A DNA stretch of 64,000 nt from positions 224,001-288,000 of the forward strand of contig CAVVTZ010000007.1 in the NCBI GenBank assembly GCA_963751275.1, written 5' to 3'. Below are positions 54,381 through 64,000 of this stretch, piece by piece. The translations under genes and the position numbers were made by a program. This DNA comes from an uncultured Gemmatimonadaceae bacterium (GTDB lineage: Bacteria > Gemmatimonadota > Gemmatimonadetes > Gemmatimonadales > Gemmatimonadaceae). Under the pieces are notes generated by a model that was given only the letters and a program-made list of their open reading frames with translations, did not search any database and was not told the origin of the DNA. Position 1 is the first letter of the stretch; each line of letters opens with the position of its first letter.

Positions 54381-54898
54381 TACCTATCTCGCAGTATTGC
54401 GAGGTGATGCCGCTCGTGTCCCGCGATGATGTACGCCAACGCGCGGACCGAGATCGCGTGCCCGCTCGCGTTGCCGGCGCGGGCCCAGGCCGCCTCATCG
54501 AAGCCGTTGAGCATCGCGATCGTCGACGCGCGTGCGGCCGCGAATTCCTCGAGCAGCTCATTCGTCGCGCGCGCGTCGAAGTTCCCCACCGGCACATAGG
54601 CGTTCTCGTCGAAGCCGGCCAACGCGGTGGTGTCGCCGCGGGCGATGCGCAGCGCGCGGTACGCGAAGATCCGCTCGGCGTCCGCCAGATGGCCGATCAC
54701 TTCCTTCGGGCTCCACTTACCGGGCGCGTAGCGCGACATCGCCCATGCGTCGCCGCGCGACTTGATGTACGCGACCGTGTCGGACAGCTGGTGCGCAATG
54801 TGGACTCGCACGTCGCCGTCGGGAACGAGCGCGATGTACTTGCCGTAGTACTCGAAGAACTCGCCGGCGGCGGGGCGGGAGGGGGCTGAAGTAGGCAT
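54377..54898 (-). CDS. DinB/YfiT family protein
   Basis: YAPGKWS.KEVIGHL.D.E, GHERHH. Confidence 0.9.
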   Translation of the reverse strand: MPTSAPSRPAAGEFFEYYGKYIALVPDGDVRVHIAHQLSDTVAYIKSRGDAWAMSRYAPGKWSPKEVIGHLADAERIFAYRALRIARGDTTALAGFDENAYVPVGNFDARATNELLEEFAAARASTIAMLNGFDEAAWARAGNASGHAISVRALAYIIAGHERHHLAILRDRY

Positions 54899-54923
54899 GA
54901 GCGGAATCTAGCCAAGTGACTGG

Positions 54924-55499
54924 TCAGCGCGTGCCGGGCACCGGCGCGCGAACGAGGACGACGGAATCCCCCGACCAGATGCCGGAATTCACGTGGTTCG
55001 CCAGGAACGCGCGCACCTTCGACGTGCTGTCCGTCAGCACGGCCCACATCCCCAGCGAATCGACGGTGATCTCCTTCGGGTGTGCGTCCGAGTATTTCTG
55101 CAGCCACGATGCGTCGATCCAATGGAGAACGATCCGGCCACGCGTTTGGCGGCCGAACAGGATCCCATGGATCGCGATCGCGTTCCACCGTTCGTCCGCC
55201 TTCGACGGCGTGACATCCGCGAAGACCAATCCGCCGATCCGCGTGAGGTGGAGCTCGTCATGCTGCACGACGCCGTCGCCATACGTGGTGACGAGATACT
55301 CCTTGCTCGACGGCACATCGGGGAATGCGCGCACGATCACGATCGAGTCCGCCACGACGGTGTCCGCGGCGCCCTGCCAGTGTCCCACGATCGTGGAATC
55401 GGCGATCTCGTTCGCGCTGGAGTAGATCGGATTCTCCGACCCCGTGCAATACAATCCGCGTGCCGAGAGCAGCACGATCGCGAGCGCTTGGTATCGCAT
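54924..55499 (-). CDS. Hypothetical exported/lipoprotein-like protein
   Basis: Signal-like N-terminus with Cys; SENPIY...IVGHW. Confidence 0.65.
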   Translation of the reverse strand: MRYQALAIVLLSARGLYCTGSENPIYSSANEIADSTIVGHWQGAADTVVADSIVIVRAFPDVPSSKEYLVTTYGDGVVQHDELHLTRIGGLVFADVTPSKADERWNAIAIHGILFGRQTRGRIVLHWIDASWLQKYSDAHPKEITVDSLGMWAVLTDSTSKVRAFLANHVNSGIWSGDSVVLVRAPVPGTR

Positions 55500-55602
55500 G
55501 GGCAATCTCCCGGGTCGGGGCGCCGCCCCATCGTCATGGCTGGCCGCGCACCTCTCCCGTGAATAGACTTTCACCCTCCCCCTGCCGCAAGCCGACGCCC
55601 CA

Positions 55603-57813
55603 ATGCGCCTTCGCATCCACTCCGCTCTGCTGCTTGCCCTCGCGCTGCCGCTCGCCGCGCAGCAGCCGGCCGCGCCCGATCTTTCCATTGAAAAGATCTT
55701 CGGCGGCGCCGATTTCAACGGCGCGAGCATGCCCGACATCCACTGGCTCCCCGATGGCAACGGCTGGGTGACGACGCGCCCCAACCCCGCCGGCGGCTCG
55801 GACATCGTGCGCATCGACGCCGCCACCGGCGCCGCCACGGTGCTCGCCGATGCCTCGCTGCTCGTGGATTCCGCGGGGAACCGCCTCGCGATCGAAGGCC
55901 TCACGCTCTCCGCCGACGCGTCGAAAGCGCTCATCTACCACAACAGCGTCCGCGTCTGGCGCGTGAACACGAAGGGCGTCTATCACGTCTTCGACTTCGC
56001 GACGAAGAAGCTCACGCCGCTCTCCACGAAGCCCGGCTACCAGATGTTCGCGAAGTTCTCACCCGACGCGAAGCACGCCGCCTTCGTGCGCGACAACAAT
56101 CTCTTCGTCGTCACCTTCGCCACCGGCGCCGAGCGCGCGCTCACGGCCGACGGGTCCAATACCATCATCAACGGCACGAGCGATTGGGTCTACGAAGAAG
56201 AGCTCGGGATCCGCGATGGATTCCGCTGGAGCCCCGACAGCAAGCGCATCGCCTTCTACCGCTTCGACCAGAGCCCCGTGCCGCTCTACCCGATCCTCGA
56301 CCAGCACGAGGTGCACGCGAAGACCATCAACATTCGGTACCCGCAGCCGGGCGATTCGAACTCCTTCGTGAAGGCCGGGGTGGTCGAGGTCTCCAATGGG
56401 CACATCGTCTGGATGCAGACGGAGAACGAGAACGACTACCTGGCGACGCTCGACTGGGTCGGCAGCGACTCGCTGTCCGTGCAGCGCCTCGCGCGCTGGC
56501 AGAATCGCATCGACCTGCTCATGGCGAGCGCCACCACCGGCCTCACGCGCCGCGTGCTGATCGAGACGGATTCCGCGTGGGTCGATGTCGATCGCGGCGC
56601 ACCCTACTGGCTCGCCGGCGGCAAGATGTTCCTCTGGCCGAGCGAGCGCAGTGGTTGGCGCCGATACTACCTGTACATGCGCGACGGCACGCCGGTGCGC
56701 GCGATCACCCCCAATGGCTCGGACGCGGTCGCGATTGACGGCATCCCGGCCACGCAAACGATGTTCATCACCGAGGCCGCGCCCAATGCGCTCGAGCGGC
56801 AGGTGTTCAGCTATGCGCTCACCCGCAAACCCGAGCGCGCGCGCGTGACCACCGAGCCCGGCACCCACGCGGCGAACGTCTCACCCAACGGCCGCTGGTT
56901 CATCGATATCCATTCCGCCGCCGGACTTCCCCCCTCGGCCACATTGCGCGACGCCGGCACGCTCGCCGCCAAGCGCGTGCTCGAGGGGAACGAGGCGCTG
57001 CGTGCCAATCTCGCGCGCCAAACGAAGCCGCAGACCTTCTTCCCGATCACGATGCCCGACGGCGTGCAGCTCAACGCCTTCCGCATCACCGCGCCGGATT
57101 TCGACAGCACCAAGCCGCACCCCGTGGTGATGTACGTCTACGGCGGGCCGAATTCGCAGACGGTGCAGAACACCTTCGGCGGCAAGCGCGAACTCTGGCA
57201 CCAGCTGCTCGCGAAGAAGGGATACGTCGTGGTGAGCGTCGATGGCCGCGGTACCGGCGCGCGCGGGTCGGCGTTCCGCCACGCCGTCTACATGAAACTC
57301 GGGCAGCTCGAATCGCAGGACCAGATCGACGCCGCCAAATGGATCGCCAAACAACCGTGGGCCGACGCGACGCGCATCGCGATCTGGGGATGGAGCGGCG
57401 GCGGCTACATGACCGCGCTCACCACCAGCCGCGGCGGCGGCGTGTTCAAGAGCGGGATCGCGGTGGCCCCGGTGATCGATTGGCGCCTGTACAATGACAT
57501 CTACACCGAGCGCTACATGCGGACGCCCGGTGCGAACCCCAATGGCTATACGAAGGGCGCGGTCATCCCGTACGTGGGCACGCTCGCGGCGCGCCTGCTC
57601 ATCGTGAGCGGTACGTCGGACGACAACGTGCATCCGCAGAACACATTCTGGATGGTGAATGCGCTCGAGGCTCGGGGGACGCAGTTCGAGATGATGATGT
57701 ACCCGGGACGCACGCACTCGATATCGGGAGGCAACACACAAGTGCACCTCTTTACCATGATGACCGACTTCCTGCAGCGCACGATCGGCCCCGACAACGC
57801 GGTGGCGAAGTGA
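55603..57813 (+). CDS. S9B dipeptidyl peptidase IV family
   Basis: Signal peptide, DWVYEEE, YGGP, GWSGGG, DDNVH, His in THSI. Confidence 0.95.
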   Translation: MRLRIHSALLLALALPLAAQQPAAPDLSIEKIFGGADFNGASMPDIHWLPDGNGWVTTRPNPAGGSDIVRIDAATGAATVLADASLLVDSAGNRLAIEGLTLSADASKALIYHNSVRVWRVNTKGVYHVFDFATKKLTPLSTKPGYQMFAKFSPDAKHAAFVRDNNLFVVTFATGAERALTADGSNTIINGTSDWVYEEELGIRDGFRWSPDSKRIAFYRFDQSPVPLYPILDQHEVHAKTINIRYPQPGDSNSFVKAGVVEVSNGHIVWMQTENENDYLATLDWVGSDSLSVQRLARWQNRIDLLMASATTGLTRRVLIETDSAWVDVDRGAPYWLAGGKMFLWPSERSGWRRYYLYMRDGTPVRAITPNGSDAVAIDGIPATQTMFITEAAPNALERQVFSYALTRKPERARVTTEPGTHAANVSPNGRWFIDIHSAAGLPPSATLRDAGTLAAKRVLEGNEALRANLARQTKPQTFFPITMPDGVQLNAFRITAPDFDSTKPHPVVMYVYGGPNSQTVQNTFGGKRELWHQLLAKKGYVVVSVDGRGTGARGSAFRHAVYMKLGQLESQDQIDAAKWIAKQPWADATRIAIWGWSGGGYMTALTTSRGGGVFKSGIAVAPVIDWRLYNDIYTERYMRTPGANPNGYTKGAVIPYVGTLAARLLIVSGTSDDNVHPQNTFWMVNALEARGTQFEMMMYPGRTHSISGGNTQVHLFTMMTDFLQRTIGPDNAVAK

Positions 57814-59474
57814 AGCGCGCGCTCGCACTCAGCGTCGCCACGCTGCTCGCGGCGTGCGGCGGATCCGCCGCAACCGGCAAGCCTGGCCCGTCGAGCACGC
57901 CGCAGACGCGCGCCGAGGCCACGAACTATGCGGAGACATCGCACTACGCCGACGTGATCGCTTTCCTCGATACGTTGCAGAAACAGGGCGTCCCCATGTA
58001 CCGCACCACGATCGGCACCAGCACCGAGGGGCGCGCGATCCCGATGGTGGTCCTCTCGCGGCCGGTGGTGCACACGCCCGCCGAAGCGCACGCACTGGGC
58101 CGGCCCATCGTGTACGTGCAGGCGAACATCCACGCGGGCGAGGTGGAAGGGAAAGAGGCGCTGCTCGCGCTCATCCGCGACATGGAGAAGGACGGCCACA
58201 AGAACGTGCTCGATTCGATCGTGCTGCTCGCGGTGCCCATCTACAACGCCGACGGCAACGAGAAGTGGGCGCCGCAGTCGGTGAATCGCACCGAGCAGAA
58301 CGGGCCCGATACCGTGGGGCAGCGCGCGAACGGGCAGGGGCTCGACCTCAATCGTGACTACGTGAAGGGCGAAGCGCCCGAGACGCGCGCATCGCTCGCC
58401 GTGCTCAACGCATGGGATCCGGATGTGTTCGTGGACCTGCACACCACCGATGGATCGTTCCACGGTTACGCGGTCACGTATGCGCCGTCGCTGAACCCGG
58501 CCGCGACCTTCGGCGGCCCGTACGCGCGTGATTCGATGCTCCCCGCCATCCAGAAGAACCTCAAGGCGAAGAACATCGCCACCTTCGACTACGGCAACTT
58601 CTCGCTCGACTACGGCAGCGACGTGAACGCCGACACGATCAAGCAGGGCTGGTACACGTACGATTCGCGCCCGCGTTTCGGCACCAACTATGTGGGGCTC
58701 CGCGGCCGCGTCGCGATCCTCGTGGAAGGCTACTCGCACGATCCCTTCGACCGGCGCGTGGCCACGATGTACGCGTTCGTGCAGCAGATCCTCTCGTACT
58801 CGGCCGCGCACGGCAAGCAGCTCACCGCGCTCTCCAAGCGCGCGGACTCGGCGGTGGTCGCCTGGGGTGCGTCGCCCGGCGCGTCGCCGGCGCTCGCGCT
58901 GCGCTCGACGCTCGCGCGCTCGCCCCTCGAGGAAGTCGTGATCTCCGAGGATCTCGTGACCACCGGCGACTCGTCGCTCACGCAGCCAGGCGTGCCGCGC
59001 GGACTCAAGCGCACCGGGCATTTCCGCTCGCAGATGATGCCCGTGTACGTCTCATTCGAGGCGACGCTCACGAAGAAGATGCCCTTCGCCTACGCGATCC
59101 CCGGCGGCGACAGCGCGGTGGTGCGCGTGCTCAAGATGCACGGCGTGCAGTTCGAGCCGCTCGCGAATCCGTGGCCGGTGCTCGTGCAGCGCTATGTGAT
59201 CGACAGCGTGCATCACGCCGCACGTCCCTTCCAGGGGCACCACGAAACAACCGTGTTCGGCACGTGGCGCGACACGCTCGCCACGCTCCCCGCCGGCACG
59301 GTGCTCGTGCGCAACGCGCAGCCGCTGGGTGTGGTCGCGTTCTACCTGCTGGAACCGGAGAGCGATGACGGGCTCGTGACGTGGAATTTCTTCGATGAAG
59401 CGATCGCGCCGGGCTTCACCTTCCCGGTGTGGCGCATTCCCGGCGCCGCCGGCGGATTGAACCAGCCCCTCTAG
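57810..59474 (+). CDS. M14 family metallocarboxypeptidase, lipoprotein
   Basis: LLAAC lipobox, IHAGE, DLNRD, DLH. Confidence 0.92.
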   Translation: MKRALALSVATLLAACGGSAATGKPGPSSTPQTRAEATNYAETSHYADVIAFLDTLQKQGVPMYRTTIGTSTEGRAIPMVVLSRPVVHTPAEAHALGRPIVYVQANIHAGEVEGKEALLALIRDMEKDGHKNVLDSIVLLAVPIYNADGNEKWAPQSVNRTEQNGPDTVGQRANGQGLDLNRDYVKGEAPETRASLAVLNAWDPDVFVDLHTTDGSFHGYAVTYAPSLNPAATFGGPYARDSMLPAIQKNLKAKNIATFDYGNFSLDYGSDVNADTIKQGWYTYDSRPRFGTNYVGLRGRVAILVEGYSHDPFDRRVATMYAFVQQILSYSAAHGKQLTALSKRADSAVVAWGASPGASPALALRSTLARSPLEEVVISEDLVTTGDSSLTQPGVPRGLKRTGHFRSQMMPVYVSFEATLTKKMPFAYAIPGGDSAVVRVLKMHGVQFEPLANPWPVLVQRYVIDSVHHAARPFQGHHETTVFGTWRDTLATLPAGTVLVRNAQPLGVVAFYLLEPESDDGLVTWNFFDEAIAPGFTFPVWRIPGAAGGLNQPL

Positions 59475-59526
59475 CCGTCTAGCTTCCGTGAGCCGCGCGC
59501 CACTCCCCGCCACCGTCACCGCCTGA

Positions 59527-60465
59527 ATGCTGCGCCAGACGTTCCTCTATCTGTCCAACCAGCCCACGATCTTCCGCTTCGTGCGGAACAACGGGCTCGC
59601 CAAGAAATTCGCGAACCGCTTCGTCGCCGGCGAGACGCTCGACACCGCGATCGAAGCGGTACGCGCGCTGAACAAGCAGAAGATCACCGCGTCGCTCGAT
59701 CTCCTTGGCGAGAGTGTGACGAACGAGATCGAAGCGCGCGCCGCGAGCGCGCAGTACCTCGAGATGCTCGACCGCATCCACAAGGAGAAGCTCGACGCCA
59801 ATGTGAGCGTGAAGCTCACGCAGATGGGCCTCGACATCTCGGAGTCGCTCTGCGTCGAGATCATGCGCGGCATCCTCGCGCGCGCGAAGCAGTATGGCAC
59901 CTTCGTGCGGCTCGACATGGAGTCGAGCGAGTACACCGAACGCACGCTCAAGATGTTCGAGGAGAAGCTCTATCCCGGCTTCCGGGCCGAAGTGGGGATC
60001 GTGCTGCAGAGCTATCTCTTCCGCACCGAGGCCGACGTGAAGAACGCGATCGCGCTCGGCGCGCGCGTGCGCATCTGCAAGGGCGCGTACAAGGAGCCGC
60101 CGAGCGTGGCGTACCCGCTCAAGGCCGACGTGGACGCGAATTACGTGCGCTGCATGCACCAGCTGATGAAGGAGGGGAACTACACCGGCATCGCGACGCA
60201 CGATGAGGCGATCATCGCCGAGGCGAAGCGGTACGCGAAGGAGCAGCTGATCGGCCCGGACCGGTACGAATTCCAGATGCTGTACGGCGTGCGGCGCGAC
60301 CTGCAGGAGGAGAACGTGCGCGAGGGGTACCGCATGCGCGTGTACGTGCCGTTCGGCACACAGTGGTATCCGTATCTCATGCGGCGGCTGGCGGAGCGTC
60401 CCGCGAATCTCGCGTTCATCACGGGCAGCGTGATGCGCGAAGCGTTCCGCCGGAAGAAGAAGTAG
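59527..60465 (+). CDS. Monofunctional proline dehydrogenase
   Basis: RFVAGE, SVKLT, DME, KGAY, ATHD, FQMLYG, YLMRRLAE. Confidence 0.95.
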   Translation: MLRQTFLYLSNQPTIFRFVRNNGLAKKFANRFVAGETLDTAIEAVRALNKQKITASLDLLGESVTNEIEARAASAQYLEMLDRIHKEKLDANVSVKLTQMGLDISESLCVEIMRGILARAKQYGTFVRLDMESSEYTERTLKMFEEKLYPGFRAEVGIVLQSYLFRTEADVKNAIALGARVRICKGAYKEPPSVAYPLKADVDANYVRCMHQLMKEGNYTGIATHDEAIIAEAKRYAKEQLIGPDRYEFQMLYGVRRDLQEENVREGYRMRVYVPFGTQWYPYLMRRLAERPANLAFITGSVMREAFRRKKK

Positions 60466-60468
60466 CGA

Positions 60469-60855
60469 GTGGGTCAGCATCTTCCGCCGGACCATTCGAA
60501 GGGCGACGACAGCACGATCGGCGGCTGGATGGCGGTGCACGACCGCCCCGCGGGGCTCGAGGGGAGCGACGGCCTCAGTTATACCGTGGAAATCGAGGTC
60601 GACGAGACCGAGGATCCGCGCGCGAGTTACGCCGCGTACTTCGTGTTCGTGCGCTGGAGCCGCGGCGAGCCGCGGGTGACCGGACATCGCGAAACCGATT
60701 ATCTGGCGCGCGCGCGCACCGAGGATGAGGCGCGCGCGATCGTGGGCGCGCTCAAGATCGAGGAAGCGAAGCGCCTGCTCGACCAGGCGATCGCGGACCG
60801 CGGGCCGGCGAACGACCTCCCGTACTGGGACATCGCGCGGGAGGGGGAGCAGTGA
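60469..60855 (+). CDS. Hypothetical protein
   Basis: Tightly packed in the operon; HDRPAG.EGSDG..Y. Confidence 0.75.
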   Translation: MGQHLPPDHSKGDDSTIGGWMAVHDRPAGLEGSDGLSYTVEIEVDETEDPRASYAAYFVFVRWSRGEPRVTGHRETDYLARARTEDEARAIVGALKIEEAKRLLDQAIADRGPANDLPYWDIAREGEQ

Positions 60856-61742
60856 GCGCAGTACCGGGGCGCGTGTTGAGTGGCACCGGTGGCGTGTGGC
60901 AGGTGCGCGATGCGGCGGGAGTGGTGCACGACGCGAGCATGCGGGGGCGGCTCAAGGATGCCGACGGATTGAAATTGTCCGTGGGCGATGAGGTGATGCT
61001 CGACCTCTCGACTTCGCCGGCGATATCAGAGATCCTGCCGCGACACTCGACGCTGGCGCGCCGCGCGCCGGGGAACAGGTACCAGTCTCGTGTGGTGGTG
61101 GCCAACGTCGATCAGGTGGTCGTTGTGTTCGCCGTGGTGAAGCCCGAGCCGCACCGGCGGATGCTCGACCGGTTCCTGGTGATCGCCGAGTCGAACGGGA
61201 TCCCCGCGCGGATCGTGATCAACAAGGTGGATCTGGATCCAAGGGCGGACGAACAGTTCGCGGACTACGAGAGGGCGGGGTACCCCGTGCACTACACGAG
61301 CGTGAAGAAGCGGCTCGGCCTCGAGGAGCTCGGCGCCGTGCTCGCGGGGCGGGTCTCGGCGCTCACGGGGCCGTCGGGAGTGGGGAAGTCATCGCTGATG
61401 AACGCGATCTATCCGGGATTGAATCTGCGGGTGGGCGAGATCAGCGAATCGGTGAACAAGGGCCGCCATACTACTGTGGGCGCGCTCATGTATCCGCTGC
61501 CGGACGGCGGCTATGTCGTCGACACGCCCGGACTGCGCGAAGTAGGCATCTGGGGCGTGGACGCGGCTGAACTCGCGCAGTGCTTTCCGGAATTCAGACC
61601 GGCGCTCGGCACGTGCAAGTTCAACGATTGCCGCCACATCAAGGAGCCAGGCTGCGCACTGCGGGCTCTCGTGGTGAGCGGAGGAGTAAGCGCCGAGCGG
61701 TACGACAGTTTCCTGCGGCTGCTCGAGGAGATCGCCGGTTAG
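60852..61742 (+). CDS. rsgA: Ribosome small subunit-dependent GTPase A
   Basis: NKVD, GPSGVGKS, GRHTT, DTPG, CKFNDCRH...GC. Confidence 0.96.
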   Translation: MSAVPGRVLSGTGGVWQVRDAAGVVHDASMRGRLKDADGLKLSVGDEVMLDLSTSPAISEILPRHSTLARRAPGNRYQSRVVVANVDQVVVVFAVVKPEPHRRMLDRFLVIAESNGIPARIVINKVDLDPRADEQFADYERAGYPVHYTSVKKRLGLEELGAVLAGRVSALTGPSGVGKSSLMNAIYPGLNLRVGEISESVNKGRHTTVGALMYPLPDGGYVVDTPGLREVGIWGVDAAELAQCFPEFRPALGTCKFNDCRHIKEPGCALRALVVSGGVSAERYDSFLRLLEEIAG

Positions 61743-62020
61743 CTTGCGGCCCTTTTCCGCCGCGCCACCAGCCAGCTGGGCGTGATCAGGATCGGCGGCA
61801 GGCAGCGGAACAAGAAGAGCCACAGCGCTGCGGCAATGATCGCGACAGTCGCGCCAAGATTGAAGCAATGGCCATTGATACCAAGCGCGACGGGCGCTGG
61901 CAGCGAGATGTTCACCGACGCGAACATGTTGGAGTGGTCGAATGCGTAGGCAGCGATCGCTAGCAGCGCTGTCCAACCGAGCCAGATCATCACGATCGTT
62001 CGCGTTCGCCAGCGTCGCAT
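61739..62020 (-). CDS. Small 2-TM hypothetical protein
   Basis: GAGGAAGG upstream of ATG 62020; two hydrophobic helices. Confidence 0.45.
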   Translation of the reverse strand: MRRWRTRTIVMIWLGWTALLAIAAYAFDHSNMFASVNISLPAPVALGINGHCFNLGATVAIIAAALWLFLFRCLPPILITPSWLVARRKRAAS

Positions 62021-62070
62021 GCCCTTCCTCCTCGATGCCCCCTGGCGCCGACTAGGAGATATAGTATCGA

Positions 62071-62886
62071 ATGCGTCCGTACAACTCGGTGCTCGTCCTC
62101 GGACTCCTCCCCGGCCTCGTCGTCGGCTGCGTCGACCACAAATCCAGTGCAAAGCGGCAGCCGGCCGTTGTGCGCGACTCCGTGACCGCGCCCGCGCAGC
62201 CCGTAACGCGCAAGAATCCGCCGACGGGCGTCGCACCGGGCCTCGTGACCGCACGCTTCGAGGATGAGATCGCGCGCCCGCCGCATCCGCCGGTGCGCAC
62301 CGCCGGCGGCGAGCCCGACGCGAACATCCCACAATCCACCGACCGGATTGCCGCGAGCTTGCGATCGCAGCTCGCCGAGAAGGGAGGGATCCAGTGGGAC
62401 CCGTCGCGCCCGCTGAATTGGGGGGATTTCCGCGCGCCGCCGCAGCCGCAAGGACGCGAGGCGGCGCTCTCGGAGGTGGGACAGATCTCGGGCTCCGGAT
62501 GTGACGGATCGCAATTCCAGTTCGGCGTGATCGCGGCGTTCATCCCGAGCGAATCGTGGGTGCGGCCGGAGGTCGTGGCGAATCCCATGCAGAGCGCCGT
62601 CGCGCTCGCGCATGAGCAGGTGCACTTCAACATCTCCGAGATCATCTCGCGTGAGCTGCGGCGCACGCTCGCGACGGTGGACCATCCGTGCCAGATGTCA
62701 GATTCCGATCGCGATGCACTTGGTGCCGCGGCGTTCAATGATGAGAAGAACACGCAACAGCGGTACGACGACGAGACGGCGCATGGATTGAACTCGGAGA
62801 CGCAGGCGCGATGGGCGGCGTGGTCGGTGCAGATGCTCGGGTCGTTGTCGGCGTACGCGGCGCCGTTCGGGAGCAGGAAGAACTAA
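62071..62886 (+). CDS. DUF922-like putative Zn-protease lipoprotein
   Basis: LVVGC lipobox, L.WGDFR, SWV, LAHEQVHFNI, YDDETAHG. Confidence 0.8.
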   Translation: MRPYNSVLVLGLLPGLVVGCVDHKSSAKRQPAVVRDSVTAPAQPVTRKNPPTGVAPGLVTARFEDEIARPPHPPVRTAGGEPDANIPQSTDRIAASLRSQLAEKGGIQWDPSRPLNWGDFRAPPQPQGREAALSEVGQISGSGCDGSQFQFGVIAAFIPSESWVRPEVVANPMQSAVALAHEQVHFNISEIISRELRRTLATVDHPCQMSDSDRDALGAAAFNDEKNTQQRYDDETAHGLNSETQARWAAWSVQMLGSLSAYAAPFGSRKN

Positions 62887-63882
62887 GACTCCCTGTTCGA
62901 ATCCGCGCCGCGAGTGCGGCGAGCGTTCCTCGATACGAGCAGGAAGCAGAAGGTTGTCCGAGATTTGTGCGATCTCGTCGGCGCGGCGCCATGCGTACTC
63001 AAGCGCGACTAATTCGCCCTCGACGCACGACGCTCCGTCTCGTCATGCAGGGCCATCTCGATCGCGAGTCGCTGCTCATACCCGAGGCGGCCGAGTTCGC
63101 CCTGTCTCTCAGTAAATTGGAACAGCGAATGCGGATTCTTGAAGAACTCCAGCTTTGCGACTGCCTGTCTCACCTGATCGGCAGTCCCTCGCCGCCACGT
63201 TCCATCGTGCGAAGAGCACGCCCGCGACTTGCCGATGCGGCGACCCGCTCAGTTCGAGGTGTCCGCCATCGGAGTCGATTGAGAGACGGACCCCGTTCGC
63301 TTCGTCCTCTGGCATTAGGCGTGCCGAGGCGACGTGGACACCGCGGATCAGAGGTGGTGCCGTTAGGGGTGGGCGCCTCCGCGAGGACCCTTCGCCGATC
63401 GCGCATAGTTTCGGAGCAACCTGCAAGCCGCCGACACCATATGCGTATCCGGCGAACGCGAGAAGCCCCCGCCGGTCAGTGCTGCGTATAGGCCCAGTCC
63501 CGCACCGACAGAAAGCACAGTCGCGATGTCCACCGCGGATGGCCGCGCGCTCTGGCGGAGACCGAGCGATCGCCGTCCGCCATGACGCAAACTCTGGCCT
63601 CAACGGCTTCCGATTCGTACCAACGAAGTGCCATCGCCCGCGCGCGTCAGGCCGATGTTTTCGGTGCTCACGCGCACCTTCGTACGCTCGAAGAGGCGCT
63701 CGGCTTCCTCCACGGCCTCCCATCGTTCCTCGAGTGGGGTGAGGTTCCATCGCGCGCAGTGCCCGCAGATCACCCAGAGGCGTCCCGCGCGGAGCGAACG
63801 CAAGGCGGCGACCCACCGTGAAATGCTCGATGACGTCGTTACGCCCGAGTTGGGCGTGACAGTAGAGGCAGGTCGCGTACAC
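62883..63882 (-). pseudogene. Hypothetical Zn-ribbon membrane protein broken by several frameshifts (pseudogene or read errors)
   Basis: Segments in different frames: MYATCLYC...VGRRLAF / GRLWVICGHCARWNLTPLEERWEA / ALEMALHDE / DEIAQISDNLL. End approximate. Confidence 0.6.
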
Positions 63883-64000
63883 ACGGGTGAGTATAGCCCG
63901 CGTTCATGGTGTCCGCCGAGGCAGACGGCGTGTGCCCGAATCGATGCTGTGCAAGTAGCGAGTCGACCGGCGTCCCCTTGCCAGCGCGGTGTGCATTTCG

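Noticed and set aside
57643..57652. ACATTCTGG as a fourth frameshift site
   Set aside because: Reads in frame (NTFW) within an intact peptidase and is followed by A rather than T.

Overview
GC-rich (roughly 69% by eye) bacterial chromosomal window of about 60 genes, mostly housekeeping. Gene content and intergenic repeat style suggest Gemmatimonadota (inference). It holds peptidases (M20, S9B, M14, matrixin, LepB), a SWIB-domain protein, an orphan GroES-like gene next to a bacilliredoxin, two ABC systems (ABC-2 exporter; WtpABC-type Mo/W importer), an AAA ATPase behind an AT-rich palindrome, a suf operon, a split PaoABC/XDH-type molybdoenzyme, split transketolase, RNase D, an ECF sigma module, queG, LOG plus a deoxyhypusine-synthase-like gene, greA, glpD, fadIJ, proline dehydrogenase and rsgA. 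The best candidate for an undescribed system is 18.6-25.6 kb: phaR-like regulator, phasin and patatin lipase converge on an operon of class I HMG-CoA reductase (extra N-terminal domain), ABC1/UbiB kinase and an acyltransferase, with no PHA synthase in the window. This could be a non-PHA lipid-body module. Intergenic space carries several families of long palindromic elements, including two copies of a CTAG-bounded MITE-like hairpin. Many genes have 1-2 bp frameshifts, probably long-read errors; three share the context ACATTCTGGT. No rRNA, tRNA, CRISPR or transposase was recognised. All calls are by-eye motif recognition without database searches.
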